NCBI GenBank assembly: GCA_050733055.1
Contig: JBOHSI010000205.1
Location: 1 to 39,803, forward strand
DNA length: 39,803 nt
Source of the DNA: Gemmatimonadales bacterium
Lineage (GTDB): Bacteria; Gemmatimonadota; Gemmatimonadetes; Gemmatimonadales; GWC2-71-9
Direction: 5' to 3'
Shown piece by piece: positions 31,650 through 39,803 of the stretch (positions within the stretch are counted from its first letter, which is position 1; every line of letters begins with the position of its first letter). A program made the position numbers and the translations under genes. A model generated the notes under the pieces. The model saw nothing but the letters and a program-made list of their open reading frames with translations. It made no database searches and had not been told where the DNA came from.

Positions 31650-33578
31650 ATGATCGACCCCATCCGTCGCTTGCTGACCGAAGCCGGCCGCGCGAAACAA
31701 ACGAAGGTCTTTTGGCAGACGGCCAGCGGCATCCTGAGCGAGTGGGCGGGGGGGGCCCACGTCCAGCTCGTCTACAAAGGCCTAAACGAGTCGGGCACGG
31801 TGCGGGCCGGTTCGCCCGGCCAGGACGGCGCGACCTTCATCGCGGACTACCACGACGCGGACGGCCGCCATGTGGCGGCGACGTTCCGCGGGCTGCCGCA
31901 AGGCTTCCCCGGCGAGGTCCTGCGCTTCGGCGTGGAGATCGCCACCCACCTCGCGGTAATGGTAGCGCGCCGGGCGGCGCTGGAACGGGAACGGCGGCTC
32001 GGGACCTTCCTGGTGGAGTTGTCGCGCTGGCTACTGGCGGCGCCCGAGCGGGAGCTGTTGCTGCGCTATACGCTGCAGAGCGTCGTCAGCCTGACGGATG
32101 CGCAAGGCGCGTTCGTGGCGCTGCGGCAGCAGGGCGGCGACACACTGCGGGTGGCGGCGACGGTGGGCCAGTGCACCGAGTTCGAGGGGTTCGAGGTCGG
32201 CGTGACGGGGAGCGTGATGGGCCGCGTGGTGCGCACCGGGGAGGCGCTGCTCACGGACAACATCCTCGTCGAGCCCGACGCGCAGCTGGCGCTGAACCCC
32301 GCGGGCACCGCGCGGGGGGCGATGATCGCGCCGCTCAAGACGTCGAGTGGCGTGGCGGGCGCCGTGGGCGTCGTCCGGTACCTCCAGCCCGGCGTGGAAG
32401 ATCCGCCCCACCCCTTCGGGCTCATCGACCTGCAGTACCTCGCGGCGGTCGCGGCGTACATCGGCGGCGGGCTGGAGCTGTCCGAGGCCGTCACCGGTGC
32501 CCGGGCTGCGGCGGAGCGGGCGCACGCCATGGTGAACTCGAGCCCGCTACCGCTCGCGCTCGTGGACCGCGAGGGCCGCGTCCAGCAGCTGAACCAGGCC
32601 GGGTGCCGCCTGTTCGGGATCGCCTCCGAGGCGCAGGCGCTCGGCGCCCACCTCGAGGCACTGGGGCTCTCACCGAGCGAGATCTCGCTGCGCCTCGTGC
32701 TTGCGCGGCCGCAGGTCGGCGAGCCGTGGCATGGCCGCGTGCTGGTCAGCCAGCCGTCGGGAGACCGGCGAATCTGCGACTGCACCGTCACTGGGCTCTC
32801 GGGGGTGGGGCCGGACAACCTGCTCGTCGCGCTGTATGACCGCACCGACGAGCTCCGCGCCCAGCGCGAGCTGATCGCGCGGGAGAAGCTCGCCACCGTC
32901 GGCGAGATTGCGAGCGGCGTGGCGCACGAGGTCAATAACCCGCTCGCGGCCATCCGCATGGAGGCGGAGCTGCTCGGCCGGGCGAGCAAGGATGCCGAGA
33001 CGAGCACGACCGCCGCGACCATCCAGCGCGAAGTCGATCGCGCCGCCCGGATCGTGCGCAGCCTGCTCCGGCTGGCCCGCCGCGCCGACACCACGCCGAC
33101 GCGGGTGCAGATCAACGACCTGGTCCATGACGTCGCCGAAATCCGCCAGCGCGTGCTGCGCGTGGAGAGCGTCGAGTTCCGCACGCGGCTCGACGACGCG
33201 GCGCCGGTCGTCCTCGGCCTCGGGCAGGAGCTGCAGCAGGTGGTGATCAACCTCGTGACCAACGCCGAGCACGTAGTGCGCGGGCGCAACCCCGCGGTCA
33301 TTCAGCTGAGTACGCAGGCGCGCGAAGGTTGGGTCCGATTGGTGGTGGAGGACTCCGGGCCAGGGGTCCCGACCGAGATCCGGGCACGGATCTTCGATCC
33401 GTTCTTCACCACCAAGGGGCCCGACGAGGGCACGGGTCTGGGGCTCGCAATCTGCCAGCGCGTCGTGACTGAAGTCGGCGGCAAGATCTGGCTGGAGGAC
33501 TCCGAGCTGGGCGGGGCGAAGTTCGTGGTGGAGCTGCCGGCCGCCCCCGAGAGCGTCGAGACGTCGACGATCGGCTGA
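31650..33578 (+). CDS. Cytoplasmic sensor histidine kinase with GAF- and PAS-like domains (no adjacent response regulator)
   Basis: H-box 'ASGVAHEVNNPLAAI', N-box 'INLVTNAEH', G1 'VEDSGPGV', G2 'GTGLGLAI'. No TM segments are evident. Confidence 0.8.
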   Translation: MIDPIRRLLTEAGRAKQTKVFWQTASGILSEWAGGAHVQLVYKGLNESGTVRAGSPGQDGATFIADYHDADGRHVAATFRGLPQGFPGEVLRFGVEIATHLAVMVARRAALERERRLGTFLVELSRWLLAAPERELLLRYTLQSVVSLTDAQGAFVALRQQGGDTLRVAATVGQCTEFEGFEVGVTGSVMGRVVRTGEALLTDNILVEPDAQLALNPAGTARGAMIAPLKTSSGVAGAVGVVRYLQPGVEDPPHPFGLIDLQYLAAVAAYIGGGLELSEAVTGARAAAERAHAMVNSSPLPLALVDREGRVQQLNQAGCRLFGIASEAQALGAHLEALGLSPSEISLRLVLARPQVGEPWHGRVLVSQPSGDRRICDCTVTGLSGVGPDNLLVALYDRTDELRAQRELIAREKLATVGEIASGVAHEVNNPLAAIRMEAELLGRASKDAETSTTAATIQREVDRAARIVRSLLRLARRADTTPTRVQINDLVHDVAEIRQRVLRVESVEFRTRLDDAAPVVLGLGQELQQVVINLVTNAEHVVRGRNPAVIQLSTQAREGWVRLVVEDSGPGVPTEIRARIFDPFFTTKGPDEGTGLGLAICQRVVTEVGGKIWLEDSELGGAKFVVELPAAPESVETSTIG

Positions 33579-33588
33579 AACCGGCCGG

Positions 33589-33954
33589 TCAGTGCTCCAG
33601 GATGCGCTGGCGGTACAGCGCGAGCGTTACGAGGCCGGAGGCACCCAGCGCGACGAGCAAGGCCGAGAGGCGCCAGTCGAGCCCGAACCACGCCGCCCCG
33701 ACCGGCCCGGCGACGAGCCAGGCGATGCTCGCGATGACACCCAAGACCACCACTTCCTTGCGCGCCATCAGGATGCCGAAGACGTAGCCCCAACTGAACC
33801 CGCACACCAGCAGGAACAAAATGCCCTGGGGGATCTTCACCGGGTCGATCAGGTTGAGCACACCCGCGAAGAGGCAGAACAGGCCGAGCGCGGTGTAGCT
33901 CGCGAGGTGCAGGGACAGCGGCAGGGGGACGGTGCCCATGCGGTTGAAAGTCAT
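33589..33954 (-). CDS. Hypothetical small integral membrane protein (about 4 TM)
   Basis: ORF 33589..33990 with hydrophobic helices throughout. The start is uncertain (ATG at 33954 or TTG at 33990). No family recognised. Confidence 0.45.
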   Translation of the reverse strand: MTFNRMGTVPLPLSLHLASYTALGLFCLFAGVLNLIDPVKIPQGILFLLVCGFSWGYVFGILMARKEVVVLGVIASIAWLVAGPVGAAWFGLDWRLSALLVALGASGLVTLALYRQRILEH

Positions 33955-34006
33955 GGCGCTAAAATAGACGCTAAGATGCTGAGACGCCAAGGCGCCGAGG
34001 GGTGAC

Positions 34007-34507
34007 GTGCGAGCAACGCGGACGTATCTCGAGCTCAGGAAACCAGGCCAGTTTCGGCCTGCTTTCGGAAACGTCCCCGACCTGGTCGTGGAACGGGTCG
34101 AGCGTCCTGCGCCCGACCTCTACCGCCACTGCTACCGCACCGTGGGCGAGGCGTACCACTGGCGGGATCGCTGGGACTGGACCGATGAGGAGATCCGCGC
34201 CCATCTCGCCCAGCCCGGAATCTCGCTGCACGTGGCGACCCGGAACGGCACGCTAATGGGGTGGTACGAGCTGCGCCGGGTCCCGGACGACGATTCCGTC
34301 GAGATCGCGTACTTCGGCCTGGCGCCGGGCGCGATCGGCCATGGCCTCGGCAAGCACCTGCTGTCGTGCGCGGTGCGGGACGCCTGGACGCTCGGGCCCG
34401 CGCGGGTGTGGCTCCACACGTGCACGCTCGATCATCCGCACGCGCTGTCGAACTATGAAAAGCGGGGGTTCGTGCCGTACAAGACGGACGCGTATGAGGT
34501 GGCGTGA
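34007..34507 (+). CDS. GNAT family N-acetyltransferase
   Basis: 'VEIAYFGLAPGAIGHGLGKHLLSCAV' (acetyl-CoA loop), 'SNYEKRGF'. Confidence 0.7.
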   Translation: MRATRTYLELRKPGQFRPAFGNVPDLVVERVERPAPDLYRHCYRTVGEAYHWRDRWDWTDEEIRAHLAQPGISLHVATRNGTLMGWYELRRVPDDDSVEIAYFGLAPGAIGHGLGKHLLSCAVRDAWTLGPARVWLHTCTLDHPHALSNYEKRGFVPYKTDAYEVA

Positions 34508-34526
34508 AACGCATTAAGTTTCCAGC

Positions 34527-34906
34527 GTGAACTCTCACTTCACCCTGACCCGCAGGCACAAGCTCATCATCGCAGGCGTACTCGTGGCGCCGCTCCTGCT
34601 CTTCGTTCTCTATACCTGGGGCGCCCTCACCTGGAGCTATTCCAGCGGCGAGCGCGCCGGGTACGTGCAGAAGTTCTCGAAGAAGGGCTGGATCTGTAAG
34701 ACGTGGGAGGGCGAGCTCGCGATGGTGTCCATTCCGGGAACCATGTCGGAGAAGTTCCTCTTCAGTGTCCGGGACGACTCCATCGCGGCGCGGATCAACG
34801 AGGCCATGGGCAAGCGGGTCAGCCTCACCTATCAACAGCATTTGGGCGTTCCGACGACCTGCTTCGGCGAGACGCAGTACTTCGTCGTGAACGTGAAGGC
34901 CGTCGA

Positions 34907-34910
<4 letters not shown>
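34527..34910 (+). CDS. Hypothetical N-terminally membrane-anchored protein
   Basis: 127-aa ORF, GTG start. One TM '[17 protein letters not shown]', then a soluble domain with two Cys ('[10 protein letters not shown]', 'TTCFGET'). ATGA-coupled to acnA. Confidence 0.5.
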
Positions 34911-37699
<2,789 letters not shown>

Positions 37700-38391
37700 G
37701 ATTCGAAGCCGCCGAGTGGTCGGAGATGCGTGCGGAAGGGAGCCCGACCCTCTCCTTGAGCACTCACGCCCAGGTGCCGGATGAGCCAGAGGTGCAGCGC
37801 GAGGAGCGCCACGAGGAGCAGGGGAAGCACCGAGACGTGCAGGGCGTACATCCGCGTCACGAGCGGGTTCGACGGCGTGAAGTCAGGCCGGAAGGGAGCC
37901 CCGAGGGCACCGGCTACTTCAGCACCCGCGACCGCGTGGGCCATGGCCTCCACCGCTTCCTGGTCGGTGCGGAGCACGGTGCCGGTGAACGCCAACCCGA
38001 ACAGGAGCCCCAGCAGCAAGACACCGCTCCACCAAAGCCCTTCGCGCGGTCTGCGGAAGCCTCGGCGCCAAAACACGGTCGCGAGGTGCGCGAAGACGAG
38101 TACCACCGCAGCCGAAGCGCTCCACACGTGCACGTCGCGGAGCAGGGTGACGAGCGGTACGCGCGTGATGATGTAGCGGACCGACTCGTGCGCGGCGAGC
38201 GGCGCGGGGTTGTAGAACTGGGTCAGCACGATCCCGGTCACAGCGAGGAGCGTGAGGGCGACGAGCGTCAACGCCCCGAGCATGAAGTCCAAGCGGTTGG
38301 CGCGGGCAGGGATCGGGTAGTCGAGCGCACGGAGCGCGAACCGGTCGGTGAGCGCGCTTGTGGTAGTGGTCATGGAGTCACTCCCGGATCT

Positions 38392-39705
38392 TCACGGCCG
38401 ATGTGGGTGCGCCTTCGTCGTGTCCGGCCGGGGTGCCGGCTTCGTAGCACCGCGAAGCGCCCGGTGCAGCAACCCGAGGAGCGCGGTCCGGTCGGGCTCG
38501 GGGAGCACGCGAATCAGCTCGAGGACGCTCCGGTGCGCGGACGAGTCCGCGAGGAGCGCGGCGCGCCTCGCCGGCTTCGCGAGGAAGACTCTGAGGAACC
38601 CCGCCGCGGCCCTGGAGGTCATCGTGTCGGGGGCTGGCGGCGTGGCCGCCTGCATGCCGGGCATCCCCTCGTGCTCGCCCAGCGCCGGCTCGACGGGAGC
38701 CCTTGTCTCAAGGCGGCCCAGCACCGGCCCGCCCATGGCGTCGATCCCGCCCATGTGGTCCCCCATCATCAGCCACTCATCCCGGGTCATCACGTTCCGG
38801 GTCGAGTCCCGAAACTCCGCGAGCACCGCATAGATCACGCCCCGCTTCCTGTCTCGCGGCACAGTGTCCGCGGCCAGGATGTCCGAGATGATGTCGTGCA
38901 TCATGTGCAGGTTGTCGAAGATCGCAGCCGCCCGTGGATGCCGCGCGGTGAACGCCGGCGCCACCGACGCCGTCATCGGCATGATCCGCGGCATGCTCCG
39001 GGGCGGATCCTTGAGCATCCCCCAGAACCGCGCGACCGCAGCCTGCACTCCAGCCTCCCGCTCCGACGGCGTCTGCCCCGCGAGGAACGGCTCGTAGAGG
39101 CCCACCTGGAGCCAGTGGTACGCCCAGATCAACCCGTTGAACTTGGGGTAGCGGTGCCGAAACACCTGGCTGTAATACTGCTCGTCCATCAGCGCCATGG
39201 ACTTCGGCACCGGCACAAACGCCATGTCCGGGCGGCTCAGGTAGTAGTCCGTAAGCCGCTCGACCAACGAGTCCTTCTGCACCTCCACGATCCGCTCATC
39301 CGCATACACGTCGTAGAGCTGGCGATGCAGGACGTGCGCCCAGTCGAACATCAGCTTCGCTCGCCAGGCGAGCTTGGCGTAGCTGGGCTCGATCACCTCT
39401 TCGGCCACGGCGAACCGCGGCGGTCGCACGAGCAGATCCGTGGTCAGATAGCGGTACTGCTTCTCGAGCTCCCGGGCCGCTGTAGCCGAGTCCCGCCGCG
39501 TGTGCAGGGTCTCGTACAGCACGGCGTGTCCGTAGTCGAAGGCGTTGAACAGCCGGGCCGCCTCGTTGTAGTTCTGGAGGAACGTCCAGTTGAACGCGCC
39601 CGGGTAATAGAACTGTTCGTCGCGGCGGTCCTGGCCCACGGCGGCGCCACCGACCAGCGCCGTCAACGCCACGGCAAGCGTGAGGGTGCGCAAGAGGGTC
39701 TTCAT
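38392..39705 (-). CDS. Hypothetical secreted protein, His/Met-rich toward the C-terminus
   Basis: Internal ATG (MKTLLRTLTLAVALTALVGGAAVG|Q) with GGAG about 9-12 nt upstream. No family recognised. It ends 18 nt upstream of the cytochrome b-like gene. Confidence 0.55.
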   Translation of the reverse strand: MKTLLRTLTLAVALTALVGGAAVGQDRRDEQFYYPGAFNWTFLQNYNEAARLFNAFDYGHAVLYETLHTRRDSATAARELEKQYRYLTTDLLVRPPRFAVAEEVIEPSYAKLAWRAKLMFDWAHVLHRQLYDVYADERIVEVQKDSLVERLTDYYLSRPDMAFVPVPKSMALMDEQYYSQVFRHRYPKFNGLIWAYHWLQVGLYEPFLAGQTPSEREAGVQAAVARFWGMLKDPPRSMPRIMPMTASVAPAFTARHPRAAAIFDNLHMMHDIISDILAADTVPRDRKRGVIYAVLAEFRDSTRNVMTRDEWLMMGDHMGGIDAMGGPVLGRLETRAPVEPALGEHEGMPGMQAATPPAPDTMTSRAAAGFLRVFLAKPARRAALLADSSAHRSVLELIRVLPEPDRTALLGLLHRALRGATKPAPRPDTTKAHPHRP

Positions 39706-39724
39706 ACGTCTCTCTCCTTCCCGC

Positions 39725-39803
39725 TCAGCGGATACCGGGCATGAGCCCGGCGAGCGCGAACGCATTCGAGATCCCCACGGTGAAGGCGAAGTCGGGTCCC
39801 ACG
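39725..39803 (-). CDS. 3' end of an unidentified gene continuing off-window
   Basis: Minus-strand frame open to the window edge, '...VGPDFAFTVGISNAFALAGLMPGIR*', with the stop at 39725..39727. Too short to identify. Confidence 0.25.
   Translation of the reverse strand, partial: VGPDFAFTVGISNAFALAGLMPGIR

Noticed and set aside
37726-39744. 672-aa plus-strand ORF.
   Set aside because: - It is antisense to the cytochrome b-like and secreted-protein genes.
- It is extremely Arg/Pro/Glu/His-rich with no domain signature and no RBS.
- It is a GC-driven shadow frame.

Overview
A 39.8-kb, visibly GC-rich bacterial chromosomal segment. Third codon positions are overwhelmingly G/C, which produces many long shadow ORFs in wrong frames. 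Taxon cannot be established from sequence alone. The Hanks kinase-TPR architecture and general protein flavour resemble Gemmatimonadota, Myxococcota or Acidobacteriota genomes. I support about 40 genes, many translationally coupled by ATGA/GTGA overlaps.

Gene content in order:
- 5'-truncated GlcD-type FAD oxidase and thyX.
- Four-gene operon: two Ddl-like ATP-grasp ligases, a GNAT and a short KamA-family aminomutase.
- Zn-ADH.
- Tandem pair of Ser/Thr kinase-TPR genes, one intact and one decayed, immediately downstream of an EF-G2-like paralog.
- Two MFS transporters.
- Rieske-flavodoxin fusion plus a SnoaL-like protein.
- Small secreted Arg/Asp heptad-repeat protein.
- EgtD-like methyltransferase coupled to an OpuC-type ABC importer.
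- Stand-alone plug-like secreted proteins, DinB, MaoC and two gene remnants.
- ABC exporter, DUF1501, HtrA-like protease, SDR and an orphan GAF/PAS histidine kinase.
- GNAT, a small membrane-anchored protein coupled to acnA, and a cytochrome b-like gene with a His/Met-rich secreted protein.

Most interesting signal: an ORF absent from the supplied track (21441..21533) encodes a 30-aa peptide, MQIVETQELVPSCHRPEIIETSELQPTCHS, with two tandem repeats each ending in Cys-His. It has a strong Shine-Dalgarno site and a sigma70-like promoter, and is followed by a GC stem-loop. Downstream lie an aldo/keto reductase with a PqqD/RRE-like tail, a DUF692/MNIO-like TIM-barrel protein, and a partner protein with an RRE-like C-terminus. 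I read this as a candidate undescribed RiPP-type system.

Other signals:
- A dispersed 10-bp tandem repeat (TARGRGGCGG) at two loci.
- A 109-bp element bounded by perfect 17-bp inverted repeats.
- A deletion scar between two gene remnants.
- A G11 homopolymer inside a CDS.

No rRNA, tRNA, CRISPR array, transposase or integrase was recognised.
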